From NCBI RefSeq assembly GCF_009914755.1, contig NC_060947.1: DNA of 64,000 bases; one strand, 5' to 3'. Under the pieces are notes generated by a model. It was not told the origin of the DNA. It worked only from the letters and a program-made list of their open reading frames with translations, and ran no database searches. Of this stretch, positions 42,294-57,570 are shown piece by piece. This stretch comes from the human T2T-CHM13v2.0 reference genome, Homo sapiens. The stretch's first letter is position 1. Every line of letters starts with the position of its first letter. The translations under genes were made by a program, and so were the position numbers.

Positions 42294-45032
42294 TGATGGC
42301 AGCGGTGGCCCGTCTGGAGTGGTCACTGCCATGATGCTTGCTGCAGTGGGGGAGGCGTGGCCGGGGCTCTGCACTCCATGGAGCTGGCAGGAGCCAGGAA
42401 CAGGCGGGAACCCTGCCCCATTGTGAGTTTCAGGGGCAGAAGCCCCGCCCTCCTGGGTGCAGCTGCAGTTGCAGCTGCCCAGCCTCATGGACCCGGGCAT
42501 CCCTGCGCTCTCGGGGACCCAGGAAACCCTCCTGCCCCATAGGCTCAGAATTGCCTGCTCCTGCTGCATGGCCTCTCCCCACTCCCAGCACCCACCCTGA
42601 TTTAGGAGAAAAGTTGAGGCTGAGCCCAGACGCTGTCAAGACCCGGCCAGGTGTGCGTGCACTCAGGGCAGCACTGACATGCCAGCCCTCTGCCACCTCA
42701 GCTCCCTCCAGACTTTAGGTACCTAGGAGCACGGGAGGGAGGCCAACGTGGGGGTGAGGGCAACTCAGTGCAGGCCTGCAGGTACCCCTCAGCAGGAACA
42801 GCCTGGGCGCCATGAGTGCCATGGACGGCAGGTTGATGGCAGCAGGAGGCAGACAGGCCTCTGGGCGGAAAGGGGTGGGTCTCCAGTGAAACCTCACCTT
42901 CAAGCAAGGAATGGCCTGCAGCCTGGGGACCAGGCTGCCAGTTCCGTGGACCAGAGTGAGAAATTATGATGTTTTCTCCAGGCCCACTCATGGCCGGCCA
43001 TGGACCAATCAGCATGCGCTTCCTCCCCTCTGAAGCCCATGAAAACCCTGGATTCAGCCAGACTTGGGCAGATGATGGGATGACCTGCCTGCAGATAGGA
43101 GCTACTCACTCCCAAGTCTCCTCTCCACTGAGGGCTGCACAGATGTCGGGACGACCTGCCTGCAGACGGGAGCTACCCATTGCAGATCTCCTTTCCACTG
43201 AGAGCTGGACACTCATCGGGACAACCTGCCTGAGGAAAAAAGCTACCCACTTCTGGTCTCCTGAGAACTGCTTTGCTGCTCCATGAAGCTCCTCTCTGCC
43301 TTGCTCACCCTCCAGTTGTCTGTGCTCCTATCAGGGGAACCAGCCACCAATATTTCAATGTAGATTCTTTTCTATTTTCCCTAAGTGTTGGCCGGTCTGA
43401 GAAATAAAGAGAAAGAGTACAAAGAGAAGAATTTTACAGCTGGGCCGCCAGGGGTGACCTCACATATCAGCAGGTTCCGTGATGCCCACCTGAGCCGCAA
43501 AACCAGCAAGTTTTTATTGGGGATTTTAGAAGGGGAGGGGGTGTACGGACAGGGAGTAAGTCACAAAGATCACATGCTTCAAAGGGCAATAAAAGATCAC
43601 AAGGCAGAGGCAAAAATTAGAATTACCGATGAGGGTCTGTGTCCCACTGTGCACGCATTGTCTTGATAAGCATCTTAACAGGAAACAGTGTTGGAGAGCA
43701 GACAACCAGTCTGACTAGAATTTACCAGGCTGGAATTTCCCAACCCTAGTAAGCCTGAGGGCACTGCAGGAGACCAGGGCATATTTCAGTCCTATCTCAA
43801 CCGCATAAGACAGACACTCCCAGAGCCGCCATCTATAGATCTACCCCCAGGAATGCATTCTTTCCCCAGGGTTACTCCATGCTGGGAAAATAATTCAGTG
43901 ATATTTCTCCTACTCGCATATCCATCTATAGGCTTTCTGTGAGAAGAAAAATATGGCTGTATTCTGCCCGACCCCGCAGGCAGTCAGACCTTATGGTTAT
44001 CTTCCCTTTTTCCCTGAAAATCGCTGTTATTCTGTTCTTTTTCAGGGTGCACTGATTTCATATTGTTCAAGCACCCATGTTTTACAATCAGATTTCATAT
44101 TGTTCAAACACACGTTTTACAATTTGTACAGTTAATGCAATCATCACAGGGTCCTGAGGTGACATACATCCTCAGCTTACGAAGATAATGTGATTAAAAG
44201 ATTAAAGACAGGCATAAGAAATTATAAGAATATTAACTGGGGAAGTGATAAATGTCCATGAAATCTTCACAATTTATGTTCAGAGATTGCAGTAAAGACA
44301 GGTGTAAGAAATTATGAAAGTATTAATTTTGGAAACAGATAAATGTCCATGAAATCTTCACAATTTATGTTCTTCTGCCACGGCTTCAGCCAGTCCCTCC
44401 GTTCGGGGTCCCTGACTTCCCGCAACAGCTCCTTATTCTACCTGGATGCAGGACAAGAACTCAGGACCTGCCAAATGATGGGACTAAAAGAGCTGTAACA
44501 CAAACAGGGCTGAAACACTCCCTCCCACTTGCCACATTGCAGATGACAAGAAGGAGAGAAGAGCTGCAGCTTTTGGGGGACCCCAGACCTGGGGGTTCCT
44601 CGAGCCATGGCTGTGACACCCTCTTTGGGGTTCTGAGGTTCCTGGCATCTCCAAGTGTCTGGGTCCCACTGCATTCCCGTCGTCCAGACATGGGTGCCCA
44701 CAGTGGAAGCCAAATGCAGTACACCTGGTCCAGCCACAGCCTCACACAGAGCCAGTGCCTGTGCTGGCATGTGGAGCTGCCCACCCCACCTCAGCAGCCA
44801 GTGTGCCTGGCTGTGAGCATTGACTGGACCCTGTGCTCACTTGCCCACACTCTCTCACCACTCCGCACCTGCCTCACACTTGGCAGGTGTGGGATAGAGC
44901 CAGTAGCACAAGCTGAGCATAGCCTGCTGGGCCGAGTTGGCAGAAGCAAGTGTGAGCAATACTCAGGCAGAAGGCACCACTAGCCACAGAAGTTTCTAGC
45001 TGGTGAAGTGGCACCCTAAGGATCCTGTGACA
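42294..45032 (+). mobile_element. MER52 (MER52A-like) solo LTR interrupted by MER11
   Basis: TGATGGCAGCGGTGGCCC start and GATCCTGTGACA end; TSD TCAT at 42290-42293 and 45033-45036. Confidence 0.85.
43329..44427 (-). mobile_element. MER11 (HERV-K11/HML-8) solo LTR
   Basis: Reverse complement starts TGTTGCGGGAAGTCAGGGACCCCGAACGG; ~1.1 kb; TSD GCTCC(T). Confidence 0.9.
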
Positions 45033-45313
45033 TCATCAGGGAAGAAGAGCATATATTAGTCAGAAGAAGAGGTGGTTTAGTCACTTTGCTTTTGCAGAGC
45101 ATCCTTGCCTCTGTGGCCCTATTTGATCATTGTTTACATACTCTGTGTGTGCATATGTATTGTTTATATTTCTTGTGCGTTGTTTATGTTCAGTGGGAGC
45201 ATCCCAACTCTCAGGGATGTTTATTTTTTCCAAATTTTCTTACTATACAACTGGTTATGTCCACCTTCTCCTTAGAATCTCCACAGTAGAGAGGTTAGAA
45301 AAATGCCTTACAA

Positions 45314-45615
<302 letters not shown>

Positions 45616-46368
45616 TTAGATACATTATTGGTGGCCCTTATAGGTTGTTGCTTTTAGTTTCTAGTCAACTCTTAAGTCTGTTATATTTCATATTAAAAAC
45701 AGTTTGTTTTAAAAATGTAGCATGTCTTGCAAAAGAGGAAAACTTAGCATGATCAGACCTGGAGATCTGCATGGAATGAGCTCCAGTTGATCACAGTCCC
45801 AGCCACTTATACAATTTAGGCTTGTCTGCTTACACTGGTGGCTTCACTCATATTCCTTACCTGCTGATGCCTATAGACGTTTGAGTCTGAGATCTCTTCT
45901 TACTCATTTTTCACAGCTAATTAAGAGACTTATGGGACATGAGAAAGGATGGAAAAGTGGCTTGTAAAGGGCCAGTTATCAAGCATTTTAGGCATTGTGA
46001 ATTAGACAATCTCCTTTGCAACTACTCAATTCTGGCATTGTAGCAAGAAAGCAGCTGGAGACAGTACATAAATGAACTGAGTTCTAATAAAACTTTACTT
46101 CTAAAAAACAGGTGGTGAACAGGATTTAGCCCATGGGACTAGTGCTAACTTCAAGGCCCACTCCTGCCACCTGATCACAAGCCAATGACCATTTCTGGAT
46201 TCTTCACTGTTGTCTGTAAATTGGTGATAACACTTGCTTTACATGCAAATTGGGATATTGTTATGTGAAAAATCTACTTTAAAATATGAAGCACTATGTG
46301 CTCCCAAGATATTATTAACTTGTTATATATTTGGAGAACAGAACTGTTCATCATTCTGCAGCAGGACT

Positions 46369-46787
46369 GTGGTAGATATGGAAATATGCCACCAAGATGT
46401 CCCTTTAAGGAAGGGTTTGCTCCCTAGCTGTGAGCAGCGTGGTCAGCAGACATCCTCCATCTGGCAGCTGCTTCAAGGTCAGCCTCAACTGCTGAGAGCT
46501 GCCTTATCAGAGGACCGTTCTCTTCTCAGATCAGCCTGTGCCCAGTGACTGAGTCAGGCAAGGGTATAAATGCTCAGCCATTTCTGCCTCAACTCTGATA
46601 CACAGTACTCCTTACAGAGTTCCTTGCCAGATTGGCAGAAGCTTCATGGGACCTGCATGTCAGTTCAGTTTCTCCCTCTGCTCAATCACGCTTCTTCCTC
46701 CTTCCTTTCACAGGGTAATCCTTAATAAATACCTTGTACTCTAACTCCCATTGCAGGGTGTGCTGCTTGAAAGCACAACCTACCACA
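46369..46787 (+). mobile_element. LTR16A/B-like ERVL LTR
   Basis: TATAAA, CCCTCTGCTCAATC..CTTC, CTTAATAAATACCTTG. Confidence 0.6.
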
Positions 46788-47649
46788 CGGGTGATTTGTT
46801 GCGACACTACTATGTGTTGTTCTTTTTGCATGTTTTCTTTCTCCATTCCAAAAATATAATCAGGCCTTGCCTTGGGGCCATTTGTGTTCTTTCAAGACAA
46901 TCCCGTTTTCTAGCCAAAATTTACGATGGAAATGTGCTTGGGTTTTCTAAGGGTCTAGATGGAGAGAGGGGATGAAAGGCAAGTGGCTGACCTTGGGAAA
47001 ATAGCATTACTCTGGACTGTATCAATGATTTGGGGTTCTGTGTTCTATAAGCTACAAGACCTGCCCACCACATATTTACACTTCAACAAGACCTCAAAGG
47101 AGACAAGCAGAATTTTGCAACTTAGAGAGGCTGGACATGAGAAATTGCAGTATTAACCCCAGCAAAATTACTGGGCCTGCAGGACCTCTTCAAGGGAATA
47201 TGCAGGCTTGGACCATGAACAGGTCAGCATGATGGGAGCTGAGAATCAAATTGAATTTAAACGTTGAAAAGTGAAGTAATGTGATATATCTTGTATACCC
47301 TAGTTATGAGTAAAATTTAATCTACTGCATTTATATCCTTTTAAAAATATTTTCTGAACAAATAAATTCAGTGATTTTGAGGAAGTCAACAAAAAAATGA
47401 TCAATCACCCATTGATTTAGCAAATACATGTTAAGCGCCTACTATATCCCTGGCATTCTGCTGACACACAGTGTTGAACAAAGTAGATAAGGTCAGCAGA
47501 GAGTTTGCAGCCACTTTTCCCTCTGCTGCTATCACGGTCAGAGGGTCAGACAACTGACCTAACAGGAAATTGACAGGACCTTCAGAGATTGAAGGGGTCC
47601 GTGTGGCCTCATGCCACCTCCTGGGAGACTCTGATTCACTTCAACACAG

Positions 47650-48110
47650 ATAGAACACCTCAGAGGCTTCCCTGGCTGCCCTTACGTGCACTCTCTATCT
47701 GAAAGCTTTCTCTAACAGAAGGAACATGCTCAACACATGTGCAGGGCAGGCTTGAGGTGCTAGTGTGTGGGAGTGTGATGGGGCTGTGGGTAGAGTGTGA
47801 AATCCATGTCTCTGAGAGCAGCACTCAACCATTGGAGACAGAAGTTGGTGGGTAAACACCCTTGCTTGCCCAAGAGTGGAAAAACTCAGAGATGTGCTCT
47901 GTACTGTATCTCAGAGATTCCCAATTTGATTCAGCCACAGTTGTGCACAGCAATAATATGCTCATTAATGCAATCCGACGTGGCTTCCTTCCCTTCCCTG
48001 TCTCATTTTCCCGCTCCTGTTGTGATGATTCAAATCAACTATTACCTCTCAAATCAACTATTTGCACTTAAGTCCTTATCTTGGTGTCTGCTTTCTGGGG
48101 AAACTAAGAT
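47650..48110 (+). mobile_element. LTR16C/E-like ERVL LTR
   Basis: GGCTTCCTTCCCTTCCCTGTCTCA and GTCTGCTTTCTGGGGAA. Confidence 0.6.
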
Positions 48111-48584
48111 TCCCACCACTTTCAGACATGCTTCAGCTTGGGGAGAAGAGGCACCATGTCCACCTCAGCATCATGCATGCAGAAAGGCTCCGTCTCTGGG
48201 TAAAAAATTGATAAATGCATACGCTTTTAGAGGAGCCGGGCTCCAAGCATTCTGATTAACATATGGCTGAAAACAGCAGGCAAATAATTTGCTCTTCCTA
48301 CTTAAGCCCATTCAGTACAAGTTTTGTGTTATTCATTCTTCCACCAGCACCAAGAATAATCTTAAGCACCAAGTAAATGCTCAAATGATGCAACTGGATT
48401 CCTTCCCCCAGGGAGTCAGTCTAAGAACCACAAGCCTCTTAATTCACATTTTTAGTTATTGTTTTAGAGCCTGAAGGAATTGTCTGTGTAGTCTCTTGCG
48501 TTAAGGAATTAAATGCCTCCGTGAAGTCTTTGGGAATTTCCATGGAAAAGTTTCTAAACTGAGATGATCTAAAAAAGTCTGAAG

Positions 48585-48806
48585 CAGAAGTCAGCAAACA
48601 TTTTCTGTAAAGGGCCAGATTCTAAATATATTAGGCTTTGCAACCAGATAGTTTCTGCTGCTAGTACTCATCTCTGCCATTGTGGTGCAAAAACAGCCAG
48701 AGACAATACCTAAATGAATGAGTTGAGTTGCAGTAAAACTTTATTTATAGAAACAGGTGGTAGAATGAATTTACCCCATGGGACTTAGTTTTTTGACTCC
48801 CGGCCT
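48585..48806 (-). mobile_element. MER58A hAT MITE (followed by a MER3-like element ~48810-48977)
   Basis: TTTTCTGTAAAGGGCCAGAT and TAAAACTTTATTTA. Confidence 0.75.
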
Positions 48807-49779
48807 AAGGCAGTATTGTCTAATAGGAATTTCTACAGAATGAAAATATTTTATAATCTGAGCAATCCAATATGGTAACTGATATGTGGCTAGTGTTACG
48901 GAGAATCAAAAAAATTTCTTATTTAATTTACATTTAAATAGGCACACATGGCTAGTGACTACCATATTGGACACTGTATGGTATTGTTTTGCCAATCTTG
49001 GCAAATCCCTGACCACTTAATCATGTTTTTGTCAACATTTCTGCCCCAACTGCTTATTCACTGGGAAACACAATGTTGGAAACAATGAAAATGAGTACAA
49101 CATATGCTTTGTCTTCCAGGTGAACCTGACAGCCTCCCTTTTGCTTTTGGTGTGGATGGCTGAGCATAATACATATGCAGCAGACAGGCCATTATTTTAC
49201 CCTGGGCATGCCAAGGTGTGAGAAAAGCTCTCAGGGATCTAGTTCATGAGCTGCAGTGTCCCTGCCAATAATTCTGACATCTTCAGGTGGCCCTGGGTAC
49301 TAGTGGAAGTCTCATTAAGGTTAGGCTTAAGTTTCCTTTCTCAGTGGGCATTTTCACTTTACTAGCACTGTCATCTTCAAAATTCTGGCCTTTTAATGGT
49401 TGACGACTCAATTCTGGCAAGCTGAGTTTCAAACCCCTCCTTCTCCATTTTAAAGTTTGCTTTTCAAAACCAGCCTAACGGGCATCATTTCAGTGTGTGA
49501 TGAAGTAGGCACTTATTGAGCAATAAACCTGTGGATTTACGCTTATGGGTTTCCAGAAGCAACTTTGCCACAATCCTGTGAAATCTTGCTCACAGTTCAT
49601 TGAGCTCTGACTGGATCTTGAATTATAGCTGATGCTCCAAACAGAAAGTAATATTTGTCACATCCTATAACTGTATGTTCTTCAGCTTTGGAAAACCATG
49701 GATTGAAACATTCACTCTGCTGGGTCTGAAGTAACCCCCTAAATCCTGGATCACAAAGTTCTAAGGTGCCACTGTATTT

Positions 49780-50900
<1,121 letters not shown>

Positions 50901-51146
50901 ACTAAGTTCAAAAATAATTTTAAAATATATTGCAAAATATATCATTTCCACCTTTGTCCCATGTTCATTCAGTTAGATCTCACTCCTCCTTTTCCCATGA
51001 GGGACTATTTTTTATTAGTTTTAAAAAATTAGTTTATTTTATTATTTATCAGTTTTCTATATTTTCAGAGCTCCTTTATGGGGATATTCCTATTTAAATG
51101 TTTAACAAGCTTTCCATGGAAATTAGTGGAAAGTCTGGACAATTAC

Positions 51147-51321
51147 CCTATTTTGAACAACCCAGGAGGTGTGTTCTTTACTTTTTTTTGTGCTGCTAAT
51201 GCTACAGAAACAGCAGTTGAGATGATAGCTGTTATGTACAGTAATAAGACAAGAGCCATAATTTGCACAGTATTCCAGACAGGATGTGCACATGTTATCT
51301 AATCCAGCTGTTTTGTCAGGA
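51147..51321 (-). pseudogene. Transmembrane exon remnant (ITCAHPVWNTVQ-IMALVLLLYITAIISTAVSVALAA-QKKVK)
   Basis: TTTAG acceptor and AGG|GTAATT donor; 24 uncharged residues (51191-51262) followed by a basic cluster; one TAG upstream. Confidence 0.6.
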
Positions 51322-51849
51322 CTAAATAATTCAGCTTTTTAAACAGAAAGCTTAAAAACCACATATCTAAGTTGTAAGTCAGTCCGTTTATCCTCTAAGC
51401 TGTAAATCCTCTAACCAGAAAGATTCATTGGCATTGTAGGACTCACATAAGCAAGGATGTATGTTTTGCTGCAGAAGTGCTGACTTCACTGATACGGAGC
51501 TCTTGACTCCCCAATTCCTCAGTTACTCACTGGTAGTAAGCTGGACCCTTAGGGAGGTGCATTAACTCTTTTGAGCTACCTGGGTAACATTACCACACAG
51601 AAAATTAACGTAAAAGAAGATTGCCTTCTCTATAAATGTTCCTTTTTGCAAGCTTGCTTAAGTACCAAAGTTCCACTTTGAGGCAGTCTGGATAACTTAC
51701 TTATGAAACTTTGAAAGTCTGTGTGTGCACAGTGTTGCAACAGTCATATGTCAAACTTCAGGAGAAAAGGCTTATGCACTCTAGAAGAGTTAATTTACCA
51801 AAGGTAAGACGTTGTCAAAAGTAGCATATGTCCTGCATATATCAGCCAC

Positions 51850-52102
51850 CTAGAGTAGTCAAATTCATAGAAGTAGAAAGCAGAAAGGTGGTTGTCAGGG
51901 ATTGGAGGAGGAAGCAAATGGGGAATTGTTAATGGGTACAGAATTTCAGTTTGGGAAGTTAAAAAGGTTCTGGAGATGGATAGTGGTTATGGTTGCACAA
52001 CAATGGGATTATATTTAATTGTTACTTAACTGTACATGTAAAAATGGTTAAGATGGTAAATTTATACTATGTATATTTTGCCACAATAAAAAAGAAAAAA
52101 AA
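51850..52102 (+). mobile_element. L1MB-like 3' UTR
   Basis: GTTCTGGAGATGGATAGTGG..GGTTGCACAACAATG; A tail. Confidence 0.8.
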
Positions 52103-52178
52103 TTAAGGTAGTTTCAGTTCTGATAGGCAATTACAGAAAAATCGTTTTAACTTTTCCTTTAATTACACATATCTGTAA

Positions 52179-52525
<347 letters not shown>

Positions 52526-52821
52526 ATTTTGAATCTTAACTATAGCTGATGAAAGTAGAATAGTTATTATTTGGGAGTTTAAGAATAATTGTGATATAAT
52601 TGTTATTTCACTGTCAATATGATATCATTATATTTCCTATGAAGATCCACAATTATTTTTCATCTGTCACAGATTTGAACACTTGATTAAAAGACAAAAG
52701 TTTTTTAAAATATAAAGAATACACTTCTTTCCTGTCTTAAAAATAAGTAGCTGATAGATAATCCACTTATGGTTATAGGTGATCACATGCATACATTTCA
52801 GACCAATTAAAAACAATTTAC

Positions 52822-52990
52822 CAACAAAATTATCTTGATTGCCCTGCAGCTGTGGTAGACATGTGGGAAAATCCTTACACTGACATCTGATAAGAAGAAC
52901 CTCAGGTGTGGGGTGCATACTTGGGGAATATTGGCTGGAATTGAGGCTTGAATTCTACCATGGAGTATGTTTAGATTCATACATATTTTG
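52822..52990 (-). pseudogene. Extracellular exon remnant
   Basis: TCTTCCTAG acceptor and TTG|GTAAAT donor; one frame reads TYSMVEFKPQF (NEFxPxF-like); its phase-1 end joins the TM exon in frame. Confidence 0.4.
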
Positions 52991-53447
52991 CTAGGAAGAG
53001 CCTTCAAACACCCTTTATCACTCCCCAGGAGAAAAAAAAAAATCTGACTAGAGCCATTCCTGAGTCAGAAAAGCAACTGAATATAGATGTCATCATGCGG
53101 TTTCAATGCCAACAGATGTAATACATAAATGGGAGAATAGTTCAACTAATGCCAGGTGCCATACAACAGAAGTAACAATCTCTTAGTAACTATTTAGGCA
53201 GCTGAGCTATGTGCCAAGATTCTTAAGGTATTTTTGATACCATTTTAAATAAAGAACCCTCGTGGATTTCAGTGAAAACTCAATTCTGATAATTATTGCA
53301 CCTATTTAGATCTAGAACATATTATGTATTTATTACATATTAATACATATTTGCATAATCAATGAATTATATAATAAACATATTAACAAATATTATTTGC
53401 ATCCACTAAAAAATTCTTTAGTTATATATAAAATTATATAATAAATG

Positions 53448-53857
53448 GTATTAGGCCATTATTGCATTGCTACAAAGAAATACCTGAGACTGGGTAATTT
53501 ATAAGAAAAGAGGTTTAATTGGTTCATGGTTTGGTTCTGCAGGCTGTACAGGAAGCACAGCACCGGCATCTGCTTCTGGGGAGGCCTCAGGAAGCTTCCA
53601 ATCATGGCAGAAGGCAAACAGGAAACAGGCATATCACATGGCGAAAGTAGGAGCAAGAGAGACAGAGAGTGTAGGGGGAAGTGCCACACACTTTTAAAAG
53701 ACCAGATTTTGCAAGAACTCACTATTGTGAAGACAGCACCAAACTATGAGGGATCCACTTCCATGACCCAAACACCTCTCACCAGGCCCCACATGTGGCA
53801 CTGAGGATTATATTTCAACATAAGATGGGGTGGGGGACAAATATCCAAACTATGTTA
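53448..53857 (-). mobile_element. MSTB-type MaLR LTR
   Basis: AAAGAAATACCTGAGACTGGGTAATTTATAA and GGGACAAATATCCAAACTAT. Confidence 0.85.
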
Positions 53858-55146
53858 TGAATATTATAATTATAAAACTTTTAGCACATTTCACAGTTTT
53901 CAAACTGTAAGTCAAGTCACACATTTATTTTTATTCTAACTCCCTATTTTAAATGAGGCACTCTGCTAGGCCAAGCCACACCTAAAATTTGTGGGTCTCA
54001 GAGAAAGTTATAAATCAAGCTGGCAGAGAAATAATGTATGTCCATCTTCCTACCTTGAGCAGTAAAGAAAGAGCCAGTGTCAAGCCTGCCCCACTTCTTT
54101 TCTCCTCACCTTGTTTCTGTTCTACCAGGGGCTACATACATTAGGCATGTGAACACTCAGCCCACACGTCCAAACATTATACTCCATCCACCTACTCCCC
54201 TGCCAACAGCCACCACTTAGCAAATTCTCAGAACCAGGGGTGCACATACCAGCAATGATCACTTTCAAACTGAAAAAGAGGCACATAAATGCCTTGGACA
54301 CTCAAATGAGGTTAGAATAATTTGGGAAGGCCCTGAGTTCCAAGTAGATCTCTCACTCCGGTTGGTAAAAGACCAAAGCAGTCCCTCAAAAGTACTGGAA
54401 CCAAGGCAGGATCTCTTCTTATTTTATTCTAACAACAGTGGTACTGTTAGGCTGCTAGGTACAATGAAGAATGTAAGGAAAGCAGCAGCGGCAACAACAA
54501 CAAAGATTCCACCTCTCCTACAGCTTGCAGTTTCATTGGTGGAATAAGTTCCTCATAAGAATGAGCACAACTCTTAATTACATCTTACAAGGAACTTAAA
54601 AATCACTTTTCTAAGCTTAAGGCAACCTTTTTCAGCATACAGAACCAGGTCTTCCTTTTAGAAAAATACTGGCAAGCAGCTTCTTTTTGGAAACTTTCCT
54701 ACTGCCCACACCCCTTCATTGCAACCCCAATAATCCACCAGACAGGTATATTCTCATCAGAGCTTCCAAAGCACCTGTGCATGCTTCTACCCAGTGCATC
54801 ATCTCATGTTAATGTCATGTGTTTCTGCCTCTTAGTCACATCAAAGGAGCAAGGAGAGGAATGAGGTCATCTCTGTGGTTGTATACCAGTGCCTAAGAGA
54901 GAATAAGTGAAGAAAATTTATCTTTTATTAGCCTCAGTAGTGATCCATCAGTGCCCACCAATAATTCCTGTTCTGAAAGCCCCCCAGTAAATTTTCTCAT
55001 CTTTGAAAAAAATGAATCTGTTACTTGAACATTTGTTACAGTTTATTTTGCAGCTTTTCCATCACTTTTGCCAACACTTTTGCAAGCACAGAACTTTACA
55101 TTTTCTCAGAGCAAGTCCCAGTGACAAGGAATATATTTAATCTTAC

Positions 55147-55353
55147 CATTACAGGAGCATATTTACATGCACCTGGAGGAAGTATCTGATACTATTTCTA
55201 AAGATTAAGTAACAGTGCCTCTTCACTCTTGAATCTAGGTCACACCCACTGATACATTGAAGTCAATATATGGCGTTTCACCATTTTGGAAGGCATTTAA
55301 TATCCTTTCTGTTGCTCCTTGCCTCCTTATTTATTCCTTCCCCATTAGTGCAT
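55147..55353 (-). pseudogene. Cadherin-repeat exon remnant
   Basis: TCTTATCCTTGTTTCAG acceptor and ATG|GTAAGA donor; begins R|CTNGEG (CTDxD-like); frameshifted pieces CDLDS and YQIL/LQVHV. Confidence 0.5.
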
Positions 55354-55818
55354 CTGAAACAAGGATAAGATGGCTTTTTTCAGTGGTGTCTCCAGAGCCA
55401 CAGAAAAAAATAATTGGATAATTATTTTAGGACAATAAATAAGGCGTCCACTCGTTCAATTAAAGTATACATTTCTATTCTAGTATTTTCTAAAGAATTT
55501 TTTTGAAACACCACATTCAGGAAACAATGTTAGTGCTTAAAAGGTGGAAGGAAGGGATATGATTAACCACTTTCACAACCACTGAGCTTACTCAGCTTAC
55601 AGGATTTATCAGAACTCCTCAAATGCTAATGTTTATTTTAAAACTTGGAGGTGGGCAGAACTGTAGGTTGCAGAATTTCCCAAACTTATCCCACAGAGAA
55701 ATTTGTTTCATGAAACGTCCCCATGAAACAAGTGTTTTACTCAACATGCCTTGGGAAATGCTTCTGAATTCAAAAACAAAAGTATTTTAAATATATACAA
55801 TGTATTGATCACTTACAT

Positions 55819-56048
55819 TAGGGGTCATTAAACTTCTTCTGTAAAGGGCCAGATAGTAAATATTTCAGGCTTTATAAGCCATATTATGCAGTGTCTGTTA
55901 CAACTACTTAATTTTGTATTTGAGGTGCAAAAGCAGACATAGACAATAGATAAGCAAATAGGGAATAGTTGCGTTCCAATAAAAACCTATTTACATAAAC
56001 AGGAAGTGGGCTGGATTTGGCCCACAGGCCATAGTTTGCCAGCCTCTG
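55819..56048 (-). mobile_element. MER58A hAT MITE
   Basis: AGGGGTC..CTGTAAAGGGCCAGATAGTAAATATTT...GGATTTGGCCC..TAGTTTGCC. Confidence 0.85.
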
Positions 56049-56706
56049 ATCTAAATTATGGTCAAATAAAGAAGAAAGATAGGAATGGGAGGTAGGGAAT
56101 GAGAAGGGAAAACTCTAGGAAAAAGAGACAAATATACAGACACAAAGGGATAAATATGTTTTTTAAAAGGAAAAAAACCAGGATGTCATAGAATGATATA
56201 CCCATGAAATGATTATAGATATATACATGCACATGCATGTGCACATGCACACACACACACACACAAAGACATATACACAGAGAACAACAGTAGAAAGTAT
56301 AATAGACAGAAGTAAAAGCATAGGTGAACATACTGGTTCTATTGTATAGATGTATTCATATTTTTTATATGTGGATATATGGAAGAAAATTGCAGTAAAT
56401 TATTTAAAATATTTTAGCCAACTTCTGACATTTACTATCTAAACCTTTTGAAGTCCGCTCTTTGTCTCATTTTAATATTTTCAAATTATCCAATTTCCTA
56501 TTCTAAAAGATAATGCTGCATTTTATTTTATATAAAAATAACTATATTTTAAAATAATATCTACTTCTTATCGTGAGACTTTTGCCATCAAAAGCTTGCA
56601 ATGCCATTTTGAAAGTTCAAAATGTGCTTCCAATAGAGATTACCTTGGAGGCTTGGCCTAATTAAACAGAAGGCTAGCTTAAGCCTGAGGAACAGAACAT
56701 CCTTAC

Positions 56707-56897
56707 CTATGAGTTAAACATCTAAGAGGATCCCATTTCCTCTCTTGAATCAAAGAATTACTGGAGAAACATATCTTGATTGAGGAAAACCTTATCGAAA
56801 TTGGGATGTTTTCAATAATGTTATGAACTTCAGTAATTGTTTGCTTTGCATTGGTTGGCTCTCTGCTATCAGACACAGACATGGTTTTCAAGGACAT
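56707..56897 (-). pseudogene. Cadherin-repeat exon remnant
   Basis: CCAG acceptor and TAG|GTAAGG donor; SVSDSREP..TITEVHNIIE, then frameshifted HPNFDK (VxDxxxP...DxNDxxPxF-like). Confidence 0.55.
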
Positions 56898-57570
56898 CTG
56901 GATTGTGAAAACTTCAGCAAATTCATCCTTGACATTTCAGTGGGGGCAGGGGATAAAACATATTTGCTAATGTGAAAGTTTATTACACGTTGCATTTTAC
57001 CTTGAGAAAGTGTTGATTCTTTCTGATATGTGGATAGTCCTGAAAGTTACATTTAAAAATAAAAAGTATATTTTAAGTTAGGCCATTACTGGGAAAGGGT
57101 GCTTTTCTTTCACTGTGTGGAAGGAGTGTATTGCATTTCTATAGTGCCTCTTTAAAGAGCAGCTATGAATTTGCAGAACTTCTCCACTAAATATATATAT
57201 ATATATATATAACTTGCTATCCCTTCAGCCTCACTCTTTCAATATTTAAGAACTACATATCAGATTATTTTGCTATTCCCAGTTTCCAAATATCAATTTA
57301 ATTTGTTACGAGTTGGACAAATGAAATGTTTTGATCCCAGACTAGGAAAAAATTTTACTAAACTCACAAAATAAATGGAAAATCTAACTCCCAGCCCTGG
57401 GTCCATCTTAATATTTAGTCAGTGATGTTAAATCCATTGTTTGGTTTCCAAGTTGTCAAAGATAAAAGAAGTTTTAAGGCTCATCTTATCTAAATGGCTT
57501 CTTTGACACAGAAATGACTTATGCAAGTTTCTGTGACTGATTCGTAAAAGTGGAAAAACTCCAATCTTAC

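Noticed and set aside
44204-44371. ~78-bp repeat pair with a short spacer, superficially array-like
   Set aside because: Internal duplication of the MER11 LTR; only two units and a eukaryotic context, so not CRISPR.
42270-44983. Cluster of overlapping 60-150 aa ORFs
   Set aside because: All lie within GC-rich MER52/MER11 LTR sequence on both strands; no domain or splice evidence.
47797-48255. 152-aa ORF
   Set aside because: Mostly within an LTR16-like element, non-ATG start, no domain.
51147-51310. Cys-rich open frame CLEYCANYGSC..NCCFC resembling an EGF domain
   Set aside because: It is the shifted frame of the hydrophobic TM-coding sequence, where Val/Leu/Ala codons produce TGT/TGC. The TM frame fits the upstream splice phase and the domain order. 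Not fully excluded.
56218-56265. Alternating purine-pyrimidine tract with Z-DNA potential
   Set aside because: Ordinary compound microsatellite with no further evidence of function.
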